A DNA stretch of 64,000 nucleotides from an uncultured Gemmataceae bacterium (GTDB taxonomy: Bacteria; Planctomycetota; Planctomycetia; Gemmatales; Gemmataceae): NCBI GenBank assembly GCA_963750165.1, contig CAVVPN010000003.1:1472001-1536000 (forward strand). The letters run 5' to 3'. The notes under the pieces were generated by a model. The model made no database searches, was not told the DNA's origin, and saw only the letters and a program-made list of their open reading frames with translations. The position numbers and the translations under genes are program-made. Of this stretch, positions 50,378-59,990 are shown piece after piece. How positions within the stretch are numbered: position 1 is the first letter of the stretch; every line of letters starts with the position of its first letter.

Positions 50378-52657
50378 ATGAACCCGTCTACCGCGCCGCG
50401 CCCCGTCGAAAAGTCCGTCGTGCTGGTGGGGGCCGGCAACGCCCACCTGGTCTTCGTCAAACGCTGGGGCATGCGGCCCGTGCCCGGCGTCGCCGTCACG
50501 CTCGTCAACGAGGCGGCCACCGTCCCCTACTCCGCGATGGTCCCCGCCCACCTCACCGGTGATTATTCCCTCGACGACATCACCATCGACCTGGTGCGGC
50601 TGTGCCAGGCGGTCGGTGTGCGCTTCGTGGCCGCGCGCGCGACCGGCCTCGACCTGGCCGCGCCAGGTCCGTCTCGCCGAGCGGCCGCCGCTGACCTATG
50701 ACGCCCTCGCGCTCGGCCTCGGTTCGCTGGCAGCCCGCCCCCCCGCCTCGGACGGCGTGACCGAACTGACCCTGCGGCCCCTGGCGGACCTGGTGCGCAA
50801 CCTCGACGCAGTGGACGAAGACCTGCGCCGCGCGCCGCGGCCGTTGCACGTGGCGGTCGTCGGCGGCGGCGCCAGCGGCTGCGAGCTGGCGCTGGCGATT
50901 CACCAACGGCTCGGCGGTCACGCTGGCTTTCGCCTGACGCTGTTGCAGGGCCATGATCGGCTGCTGCCGGAGTTCCCCGCGCGCGTCGGCCGTCACTTCG
51001 CCGAGGCGTTCCGGCAGCGTGGCGTGGCGTTCCGGCTGAACGCTCGCGTGACCGGCGTCGGGGCGGCCAGTCTGGTGCTGGCCGGCGGCGAAACGGTCGC
51101 GGTCGATGCGGTGCTCTGGGCCACCCAGGCGGCGCCGCCGCGGCTGCTCGCCGACAGCGGCCTGGCCGTGACCGGCGGCTTCCTGCGCGTCACGGACACC
51201 CTGCAATCGGTCAGCGATCCGGCGGTCTTCGGCACCGGCGACTGCGTGACCTTCGACGCTTATCCGGGCCTGCCGAAGAATGGCGTCCACGCTGTGCGCG
51301 AGGGGGCCGTGCTGTTCGACAACATGGCGGCTTTCCTGCGCGAGCGGCCCCTGCGGCGGTTCCACCCGCAGCGCTTCTGTCTGTGCCTGCTCAACACCGC
51401 GGACGGCCGGGCGGTGCTGCGCTATGGGCCGCTCACCTGGAAGAGCCGGTGGGCCCGGCGGCTCAAGGACCGCATCGACCGCGCCTGGATGATGAAGTTT
51501 ACGCGGTTCGCGCCGATGGCCGCGCCAGCGGCGGGACAGCCCGAAGCGCCCTGATGCGCTGCGGCGGCTGCGGCTCCAAGATCGCCGGCGACGTGCTGTC
51601 CGCGGTGCTGAAGCGGCTGGACCTGCCCGACGATCCGCGCGTGCTGCTGGGCACCCGGGCCGGTGAAGACGCGGCGGTGCATCGCGTCCGCCCGGAACTA
51701 TTCGGCCCCGAGCCCGCCAAGCTGGTCGAGGTGCAGACGGTCGATTACTTCAAGGCGTTCGTCGATGACCCGTACCTGTTCGGCGGCGTCGCGGCGTTGA
51801 ACGCGGTCAGCGATCTGTACGCCATGAACGCCCGGCCGTTCACGGCGCTGGCCATCGCCACGCTGCCCTTCGCCCGCGGCCCCATTCAGGAGGCCCAGCT
51901 GTACGAACTGCTCAGCGGGGCGGTCGCGTCGCTGCGTCAGCTCGGTGTTGTGCTAACCGGCGGCCACACCACCGAGGGCAGCGAACTGGCCCTGGGCTTC
52001 GCCGTCACGGGCTTCGCGGAGGAGGATCGGCTGTTCCGCAAGGACGAGCTGCGGCCTGGCGACTTGCTCGTGCTCGCCAAGCCGCTGGGCAGCGGGGCGC
52101 TGCTGGCGGCGTGGATGCGCGGCGCCTGCCGGGCGGCCTGGTTTGCGCGGCTGACCGCCGGCCTGCTGCTGCCCAACGCCGCGGCGGCCGCCGTCTTCGC
52201 CCGTGCCGGCGTCCGCGCCTGCACTGACGTGACCGGCTTCGGCCTGGCGGGGCACCTGCTGGAGATGCTGGACGGCAGCCGGGTGTCGGCGCGACTGGAC
52301 CCGGCGCGCGTGCCGCTCTACCCCGGCTTCGCGGAGGTGGTGGCCCAGGGCATCGTCAGCACGTTGCACCGCGACAACGCCCGGGTGGGTTGCCGGGTGG
52401 ACGGGCCGAGCGCGGACGCCGTCTGGCTCTACGACCCGCAGACCTCTGGCGGCCTGCTCGCGGCGGTGAGGCCGGAAGTCGCTGACCGGGTGCTGGAGGA
52501 GTTGCGCCAGGCGGGCTATCCGGACGCGGCGGTGATTGGCGAGGTGCTGCCCGCCGGGCCGGCGCCCGGGATCGTCCTGCAACCAGGCGGTCGCGTTTCC
52601 GGGCACGCCGGGGCGGTGGACCCGGCAGCGCACACGGCGAGCGTGGGGGTTCGTTGA
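50378..52657 (+). CDS. selD: FAD-dependent oxidoreductase (NDH-2-like) fused to selenophosphate synthetase; apparent frameshifts near 50660 and 51550
   Basis: VLVGAGNAH, YSAM, VVGGGASGCE and GTGDC; then MRCGGCGSK, EDAA, QTVDYF, SDLYAM, GGHT, TDVTGFGL and DPQTSGGLL. Confidence 0.85.
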
Positions 52658-52788
52658 CCCGACGAACGAACCGCCGGAAGCTGATCGGGTAAGTTGGCCA
52701 CCCAGCGGCGGGCCGGGGGCTGAATCAATGCGCCTCCCGGCTCGCCTTCCGCGCCTACCTCATCGAGAGACACAATTCCCGCTCCCCC

Positions 52789-53777
52789 TCAAACAGCCCG
52801 ATTCTCGCGGGCCACGGTCGGCGCCGGCTCCGCCGCGGCGCAGGGCGTGGCGAACTGTTGCAGGTGGCGAAAATAGTCCGCCCGCGAGAACCAGCCCGGC
52901 CCGTCCTGCCAGCGCGGCGCCGGCTGACCGCGCTCGCCCAGACACCGACCGATCCAGATGAACAACGCCTCGGGGTCGTGCAACCAGAGGAGCGCGCCGT
53001 CCGGGCCGAACGCGAACAGCCGGCTGCCGACGCGCCGCGGCCACGGCCCCAGGCGGCGCTGCAGTCGCGCGTCGATGACGCTGAACGGCCAGGCCGCCCT
53101 GTCGCCGTTGCCCCACGGCCCATCGTCCGGCGCCACTGCGTCGCACTCGGCGGGAGGCGGAGCCACGGCTTCGGCCGACCGCCACCAGCGGCCGCCGAAG
53201 AACCAACCGTGGACGCGCAACAGGGCGTCCTGGCGGTGCTCGACGGCGACCGACGTGCCGAACAGCCGCCGGCCGGTGACGGCGATGAAGCGCCCCGTCT
53301 GATAGGTCTCATAGTTGCCCTTCTTGCGGCCGTGCGCCGGCAACACGCCGAGCAGCAGGACGCGCACGCCGGTGCCGGTCGGCAACAGTTCGGTGTAACT
53401 GCCGACCGCCTCGATCACGTCGGCGCCCAGGCGTCCAGGCGGCCGGTGCGCGGATCGCGGCAGTCGTGGAGTTCAAGCACCACCAGGCCAGGCTGTTCGG
53501 GCGGCGTCCGCCGCGGCCGTGTCAGCACGAAGCCGAGGCCATCGCAGCCGCTGTCGGGCAGGGCGTCGGTCGCGGTGGCGAAGTCGGTCCAGGTGGACGC
53601 CACCCCGAGGCGGGCCAGACCGCCGGTGATGGCGCGGACGGGCGCCATTGTCCAGCGCACCTGGCCGCCGGCGTCGATGAGGCGCACGTAACGCCACAGG
53701 ATCCAGTGCGGCAACTGCCGCAGCAGCGGCGGGATGGCGTCGAGACGGACAGACAGGGGGGCGGGACGGTCGGACAT
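52789..53777 (-). CDS. Stand-alone NrS-1-polymerase-like (archaeo-eukaryotic primase) N-terminal domain with degenerate catalytic motifs; frameshift near 53425
   Basis: IPPLLRQLPHWILWR, STWTDF, DGLGFVL, YTE..PTGTG and ETYQTGRFIAVTG. Confidence 0.7.
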
Positions 53778-53795
53778 GATGGTAGCCTCAGGTAT

Positions 53796-53811
53796 GTATA
53801 CTGTTGTCCAC
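53796..53811. promoter_or_regulatory. Candidate operator resembling the recA upstream dyad
   Basis: GTATAC-tgtt-GTCCAC about 20 nt upstream of the primase-like start. Confidence 0.3.
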
Positions 53812-53992
53812 TATGAAAATGATACCGGCGGCGCCTGGATGGAGGGAAGCAAAAACTCAGAGAAAAAAGAGGTTGGCAGGGGTAGTCACGGGATGGCACT
53901 GGCCGACCCGTCGATTATGACGCACACTTGTGCATCGGCGCAGGCACGGGGCCGGCGCGGTGGATGCGCGGATTCCAATCGAGGGGATGCAC

Positions 53993-54733
53993 ATGAGCCA
54001 GGCGACACGGGCACTGGTGGCGGTGGTGGTGGTGGCGATGGGCGGCGTGGCGCTGGCGGACGAGGCGTCGGCGTTGCGAGCGATTCAGCAGTGCGGCGGC
54101 GTGTTCAAGCGCGACACCCGCGAGCAAACGAAGCCGGTGTATCAGGTGAACCTGTCCAGCACGCGAGCGGTGGACGCGGACGTGTTGAAGCTGGCGGCGC
54201 TGCAGGAGGTGCAGGTGCTGTCGCTGGGCGACACCAAGGTGGGCGACGTGGGGCTGCGCGGTGTGGCGGTGCTGAAGAAGCTGACGGCGCTGGACCTGAG
54301 CCGCACGGTCGTGACGGACGCGGGGCTGGCCTTGCTGGTGCAGCTGCCGGAGTTGAAGCGGTTGACGCTGGACGGCAGCCGGGTGTCCGACGCGGGGCTG
54401 GCTGTGGCGGCGAAGCTGCCGAAGTTGCAGGGGCTGTACCTGAACGAGACGGCGGTGACGGATCGGGGCCTGGTCGAGTTGCTGAAAGCGAAGGAATTGA
54501 AGCACCTGCACCTGGCCGGCACCCGGGTCAGCGACGCGGGGCTGCGGACGGTGGGGCACATGAAGGGACTGGTGCGGCTGAACCTGGCCGGCACCCAGGT
54601 GAGCGACATGGGCCTGGCCGAGCTGCGGCAGCTGGCGCAACTGCGCGAGCTGTATTTGAACGACACGAAGGTGACGAAGGCGGGCGTCCAGACGCTGAAG
54701 AAGGCGCTGCCGAGGTGCAAGATTAGCCGCTGA
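53993..54733 (+). CDS. Secreted leucine-rich-repeat protein (planctomycete type)
   Basis: Signal peptide ending ALA-D; about seven 24-aa LxxLxLxxTxVTDxGL repeats. Confidence 0.9.
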   Translation: MSQATRALVAVVVVAMGGVALADEASALRAIQQCGGVFKRDTREQTKPVYQVNLSSTRAVDADVLKLAALQEVQVLSLGDTKVGDVGLRGVAVLKKLTALDLSRTVVTDAGLALLVQLPELKRLTLDGSRVSDAGLAVAAKLPKLQGLYLNETAVTDRGLVELLKAKELKHLHLAGTRVSDAGLRTVGHMKGLVRLNLAGTQVSDMGLAELRQLAQLRELYLNDTKVTKAGVQTLKKALPRCKISR

Positions 54734-54909
54734 GGCCGAAAGCCGGGCAGACAGCCACGGCAGTCCGCCGCGCTCTAAAAGTCGGGCAGGTCGAGTTGGC
54801 GGCCCCCGCAGGGACCGCCGCCCAGAACACGAAGGGGCTCACGCCAGCGGGGATGGTGCGCACGGAGCCGTCGCCCACGAGTACCTGCAGCCCGCGCGAA
54901 CTGGCCGAG

Positions 54910-55034
54910 TTAGAGCGGTTCACGAAGGGCAGGCGCACACGACGTGGCACGGCTCTCCAGAGCCGTGCGGTTGCCACCACGGCTCTGGAGAGCCGTGCCA
55001 CGGTTTGTGGTCCACGCGACTGGGAACCGCTCCA
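54910..55034. mobile_element. MITE-like element C with REP doublet cargo
   Basis: ttagagcggttc...gaaccgctcca; internal gtggcacggctctccagagccgtg / cacggctctggagagccgtgccac (54944-55001). Confidence 0.6.
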
Positions 55035-55095
55035 GGCAACCTATGTCTTTTTCGTGTTTTCGTTCTTTCGTGTTTTCGTGATTCGTCTTTGGTTT

Positions 55096-55830
55096 TTACA
55101 CGTACATCTGCGCGGTCGGCTTGATGACCAGTTCCGGCACCGACACGCTCGGCGGCAGCGTCGCCACGAACAGCACTGCGGCGGCCACGTCTTCCGGTCG
55201 CAAAATCCGCTGGCGGTGCTCCTCCGTCACCGGCGTCGGCCGGTCCTTCAAGATCGGCGTGTCCACCTCGCCCGGGTAGATGTTGCTGACGCGGATATTG
55301 CTATCCTTCTCTTCCGCCGCCAGGCAAATGCCCAGCGCCGCCATGCCGAACTTCGCCGCCGCGTACGCCGCCCCGCCCAGCGGACCGGCCCGCTTGCCCG
55401 ACACCGAACTGATGTTCACAATCAGGCCGTCCTTGTGCGCCAGCATCTGCGGCAGCACCGCGTGGATGCAGTAAAAAGCGCTGTCCAGGTTGGCCGCGAC
55501 GAGGTGGCGCCAGCGCTCCGGGTTCAACTCGCGGATGCCGCGCTCCTTGATGTTGGCGCCGGCGTTGTTCACCAGGATGTCAATGCGCCCCTGCGCCGCC
55601 GTCACCTTGCGCACCAGGGCGTCCACCTGATCGCTGTGGGTCGCGTCGGCCGCGTGCCAGGTCAGCCGCTCGCCGCCCTGCAGTGCCTTGGCCGCGGCCT
55701 CCAGTTTGTTGGCGTCGCGGCCGGTGATGATCACCTTCGCGCCCTCCGCCAGCAACAGCCGCGCCGACGCCAAACCGATGCCGCTGCCGCCGCCGGTGAT
55801 TAACGCCACCTTGCCGTTCAATCTGTTCAT
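55096..55830 (-). CDS. SDR family oxidoreductase
   Basis: TGGGSGIG, NNAG and YAAAK. Confidence 0.95.
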   Translation of the reverse strand: MNRLNGKVALITGGGSGIGLASARLLLAEGAKVIITGRDANKLEAAAKALQGGERLTWHAADATHSDQVDALVRKVTAAQGRIDILVNNAGANIKERGIRELNPERWRHLVAANLDSAFYCIHAVLPQMLAHKDGLIVNISSVSGKRAGPLGGAAYAAAKFGMAALGICLAAEEKDSNIRVSNIYPGEVDTPILKDRPTPVTEEHRQRILRPEDVAAAVLFVATLPPSVSVPELVIKPTAQMYV

Positions 55831-55932
55831 CGCCGCTCGCTTTCGTTCGTGGAGAGAACCTTGAGGTTGGTCGTGGTGTCTGGAGGGTTAGTTAAGGCGC
55901 CGCGCCGTCCGGGTCAACACCCGCCTGTCCCG

Positions 55933-55961
55933 CTCGTTTCCACGCTCCGCGTGGGAACGAG
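55933..55961. repeat. REP-like palindrome
   Basis: ctcgtttccacgctccgcgtgggaacgag. Confidence 0.7.
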
Positions 55962-56046
55962 GGCTATGCCCGATTTGCGGTTTGTGCTATCGTGAAGTGT
56001 AGTGAACCCGTAACCCCACGTGCGCGTGGATTTTGAAAGGATGACC

Positions 56047-57166
56047 ATGAACATCGACCTGCGACGCCGAACCGACGAGGTGGTGAGCCGTTTGACTCAG
56101 CTGCGGGACAGTCTTTGACATCGCCGCCAAAAAATCCCAGCGCGCCCAACTCAGCGGCCAAATGGAAGTCCCCGGCTTCTGGGACAATCCCGAAAAGGCC
56201 AAGCAAATCATTGGCCAGCTCAAGCCGCTCAACGGTCTGCTCAGCCCATTCGAGGCACTCCACAAGGACGCCGAGGATTTGCAGGCCCTGGCCGAACTGT
56301 CTGAAGAAGACACCGGCATGGAGTCCGAACTGGAGCAGGCACTGCCGCGGATCGAGAAGGAACTGGACGACTTCGAGCTGCGCGCCATGCTGAGCGGCTC
56401 GCAGGACGCCAGCAACGCTTACCTGCGTGTGCAGGCCGGCACCGGCGGCACCGAGGCGTGCGACTGGGCCGAGATGCTGCTGCGCATGTACATCCGCTGG
56501 GCGGAGCGGCACGGCTTCGAGGTCGAGATGGTGGACGAACTGCGCAACGAGGAAGCGGGCATCCGCAGCGCCACCATCAAGATCAACGGCGATTACGCCT
56601 TCGGCTACTTGCAGGGCGAGGCGGGGGTGCATCGGCTGGTGCGCATCAGCCCGTTCGACTCCAACGCCCGACGGCAGACCTCGTTTGCCGCGGTTGATGT
56701 GACGCCGGACATTGAGGGCACCATCACCATCGAGATCAGCGACGACGAGCTGGAACGGCAGACGTTCCGCAGCGGCGGCCCCGGTGGCCAGCACCAGAAC
56801 AAGACCGAGAGCGGCGTGCGCTACATCCACAAGCCGACCGGCGTCGCCGCCGAGAGCCGCACCGAACGCAGCCAGCACAAGAACGACGCCAACGCCATGG
56901 CGCTGCTCAAGGCCAAGCTGTACCGCATTGAGGAGCTGAAGAAGCAGGCCGAGGTCGAGAAACTGTACGATGCCAAGGGCGAGGTGGCGTGGGGCAACCA
57001 GATCCGCAACTATGTGTTGCAGCCGTACACACTGGCCAAGGACGTGCGCACCGGGGTCGAGACGGCCCAGGTGCATAACGTGCTCGACGGCGAACTCGAC
57101 GACTTCATCCAGGGCTACCTGCGGTTCAAGGCCGAGAAGGAGCACAAGAAGAAGGCCAGGGCATAA
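56047..57166 (+). CDS. prfB: Peptide chain release factor 2 with programmed +1 frameshift
   Basis: ATG 56047 after GAAAGGA; CTT TGA C at 56113-56119; SPF anticodon-mimic and GGQ motifs. Confidence 0.97.
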
Positions 57167-57186
57167 GCGCCGGCCCGACCAAACTG

Positions 57187-57233
57187 TCTTCATTTATGGT
57201 TTTGCGCGGGCCGCGCGAAACCATAAATGAAGA
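57187..57233. terminator. AT-rich long hairpin between prfB and tsaE (terminator or REP-like)
   Basis: tcttcatttatggttt...aaaccataaatgaaga 16-bp arms plus a gcgcg/cgcgc core. Confidence 0.45.
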
Positions 57234-57248
57234 TAGTGCTTCTTTGAA

Positions 57249-57722
57249 ATGAACATCTCCCTCGACAACCTGGAAGCCACCGAGGCGTTCGGCCGTCGCC
57301 TGGGCGAGCGGTTGTTCGCGGGCGCCGTCGTCGCGCTCGTCGGCCCGCTCGGCAGCGGCAAGACCCATCTGGTGCGTGCTGTCGCGGAGGGGCTCGGCGT
57401 CGCGGACCGGCGCGTCGTCAACAGCCCGACGTTCGTGATCTTGCAGGAGTACCACGGCCGGCTGCCGGTGTATCACTTCGACGCGTACCGCCTCCGCGAC
57501 GTGGCCGACTGGTTCGACCTCGGCGGCCACGAATTCACGGAGGGCCAGGGCGTTTGTCTGATCGAGTGGGCGGACAGGATCGAGGCGGCGCTGCCGGCGG
57601 AATATCTGCGGTTGACACTGACCGTCACCGGGCCGAGCAGCCGTACCGCGACACTGGAGCCGGTCGGCCCGCGCTGGGAAGAGTGGCTGCGCGATTTCGC
57701 GGCCGCCGGCGCGTCGGGGTGA
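57249..57722 (+). CDS. tsaE: tRNA threonylcarbamoyladenosine biosynthesis ATPase
   Basis: GPLGSGKT, SPTF, YHFDAYRL and LIEW. Confidence 0.95.
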   Translation: MNISLDNLEATEAFGRRLGERLFAGAVVALVGPLGSGKTHLVRAVAEGLGVADRRVVNSPTFVILQEYHGRLPVYHFDAYRLRDVADWFDLGGHEFTEGQGVCLIEWADRIEAALPAEYLRLTLTVTGPSSRTATLEPVGPRWEEWLRDFAAAGASG

Positions 57723-57735
57723 GGCCCGGCCACGC

Positions 57736-59880
57736 TCATTGGACCGGGCGTAACCGCGCCGCGCTGAACCCGAGGTGCTTGGCCAGCAGGCCGGGGTCAA
57801 AATAACGCTCCCGGAAGTGCCGGAGCGGAAACGTCTCGAGCCCACGCACCCAGTACAGCGCGGCCAGATCGACGTTGCCGGCGTTCACGGCGTCGAAGCG
57901 GTTGGCGGCGTCGAACACCGCCCAATCGCCGGCGGCACTGCTCGTCAGTCGGCACAGTTCCGCGCCGGTCACCCCGTTCCAGACGCGCGGCGCCCGGTCC
58001 TCGCCGCAGGTGAACACATGCCGGTGATCCGCGCTCGCCACGGCGGCCAGCATCCGGGGGTGCGCGAACTCCCGGAGCAGCTTGCCCGTCCGCAGATCCC
58101 AGAGCCGGGCCGCGCCGTAACTGCTGCTGCTGAATAAGTGCTTGCCGTCGGGCGAAATGCTGAGCGAGCGGACGAAGCCCTGCCTGGGCAGGGTGTGCAA
58201 CCGCTTGCCCGAATCGAGGTCCCACACAATGATCGCGCAGTCGCCGCCCCCGGGCCAGGTGGGTCCGGCGCTGACCACCACGCCGGCGTCCGGCGAGACG
58301 GCCACGGCGGTCACACTGGCGTGATGCCCCTCCAATTTCTTGACGAGCTTGCCCGTGGTCGCGTCCCACAGATGGACGGTCCCGTAGTCGCCGGTGCAAA
58401 GCCATTTGTCGTTCGCAGACAGGGCGACGGCGTAGACCCGGCTGCTACCGTTGCCGAAGTCCCGAATGTGGGTCCCCGTGTCCACGTCCCACAGCTGGGC
58501 GTTCGGTCCCTTGCCGACCATCACGAGCCGTTTGCCGTCCCTTGACAGGACGGCGAGATCCGTTAATCCGTCGAAGGTGCGGAGCAATTTGCCCGTGGCG
58601 GTGTCCCGTACGTCGCGCCCCCAGAACAGGCGTGAGCCGTCACCGGAAATGGCGACACCCCCAGTTTTCGGTCCGCGCACGTTCCCCAGCTCGGCACGGA
58701 AGCCGCGGACCCGCTTGCCCTGGACGAGGTCCCAGAGCGACACCGTCCGGCCCGTGCCGTCGTTGTCGCCCGCGACCAGCCATTTGCTGTCGGGGGTCAC
58801 GGCCAGCATGCTGGCGGACGCGAAGGCCGCCGGGTATTTGGCGGACGCCGTGGGGGACGGCCCCAGGCCCTGCACGCGGCGCACCTCCTTGCCCGTGGCC
58901 ACGTCCCAGAGGATCGCCCCGCCGGGATCCACGCTGGTGGCCAGCCAGCGGCCGTCGGACGTCAGGGCGACGAGGGCACCTTCGGAAGTGAAGGTGCGGA
59001 GTTCCTTCCCCGTGGCCACGTTTCGCAGTCGAACGCCCAGTCCGAACACGCTCGTCACCAGTTGATTTCCATCTGCCGACAGGGCGAGGGCGCGGAGCTG
59101 TCCGTTGGGGCGGGGCAAGGTGTGCACGACCTTGCCGTTGGCGGTATCCCAGAGCCGGAAGTAGCGGTCGGGGCCTCGGGTCAGGAGCCGTTTGCCGTCG
59201 CCGGACAGGGCCACACAGCCGAAACCCGCGAAAACGCGGACCGCCTTGCCCGTGGCCACGTCCCAGAGCCGGGCGTCGTCTTTCCGGCCGCCGGTGGCCA
59301 GGAGTCGGCCGTCGCCGGAGAAGCCCACCGTTTCAACCCGTTCGGCGTGCGGCAACACGTGGACGCGCGCGCCGGTGGCGACATTCCAGATCTCGTTGCC
59401 AAGCGCGAGCCATTTGCCGTCCGCGGAAAGGGCGATGCCGGTCCAGCTGCGGTTTTCGTCGTCGCCGGCAATGGGGAACGAGCGGACCCGCTTGCCAGTG
59501 GCCAGCTCCCACAGATGGGCCTTGTCGTCGTGACTGCGGCGCGTCACCAGCCAGCGGGCGTCGTTCGACAGGCCCACGAAAACGATCGCCCCCTTGTTCG
59601 ATGGACCACCCCGCTCCCGGATGTGGTGATCGAAGGCACGCACCTCTCTGCCGGTGGCCGCGTCCCAGAGTCGGGCCGCGTCCTCCAGGCCCGCGACGAG
59701 CCATTTGCCGTCGGCGGACAGCGCCAGGGACCAGACACTTGCCGGCGGCCCCTGCAGCCGCAATGTGGGTGGCGGCGCGCCCTTCACCGGCTGAGCCGCC
59801 ACACCACCGCCATCGTTCTGGCCTGCGGCGACCAGTGCCAGGACAACGACGAACAGCACGGACCTGTTTTGGCGAAGCAT
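57736..59880 (-). CDS. Secreted WD40-repeat protein
   Basis: Signal peptide; many ALSxDGKWL...LWDxxTGK blades; C-terminal ERYFDPGLL. Confidence 0.9.
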   Translation of the reverse strand: MLRQNRSVLFVVVLALVAAGQNDGGGVAAQPVKGAPPPTLRLQGPPASVWSLALSADGKWLVAGLEDAARLWDAATGREVRAFDHHIRERGGPSNKGAIVFVGLSNDARWLVTRRSHDDKAHLWELATGKRVRSFPIAGDDENRSWTGIALSADGKWLALGNEIWNVATGARVHVLPHAERVETVGFSGDGRLLATGGRKDDARLWDVATGKAVRVFAGFGCVALSGDGKRLLTRGPDRYFRLWDTANGKVVHTLPRPNGQLRALALSADGNQLVTSVFGLGVRLRNVATGKELRTFTSEGALVALTSDGRWLATSVDPGGAILWDVATGKEVRRVQGLGPSPTASAKYPAAFASASMLAVTPDSKWLVAGDNDGTGRTVSLWDLVQGKRVRGFRAELGNVRGPKTGGVAISGDGSRLFWGRDVRDTATGKLLRTFDGLTDLAVLSRDGKRLVMVGKGPNAQLWDVDTGTHIRDFGNGSSRVYAVALSANDKWLCTGDYGTVHLWDATTGKLVKKLEGHHASVTAVAVSPDAGVVVSAGPTWPGGGDCAIIVWDLDSGKRLHTLPRQGFVRSLSISPDGKHLFSSSSYGAARLWDLRTGKLLREFAHPRMLAAVASADHRHVFTCGEDRAPRVWNGVTGAELCRLTSSAAGDWAVFDAANRFDAVNAGNVDLAALYWVRGLETFPLRHFRERYFDPGLLAKHLGFSAARLRPVQ

Positions 59881-59990
59881 GACTGCGTTCCCGCGATCTT
59901 GCGTGTTGGCCGGTGCGTGTCCCGTTCACGCACCATCACTTCACCGCACGATAGCAGGTCAGCGCGCGGGCGCGAACCACAAGGCGGGCG

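Noticed and set aside
51552..51554. TGA near the SelD active site as a selenocysteine codon
   Set aside because: The TGA is out of frame with the downstream SelD domain, whose motif is already Cys-encoded (CGGC); a missing C explains it
52789..54733. Prophage around the primase-like gene
   Set aside because: No integrase, structural, terminase or att features nearby
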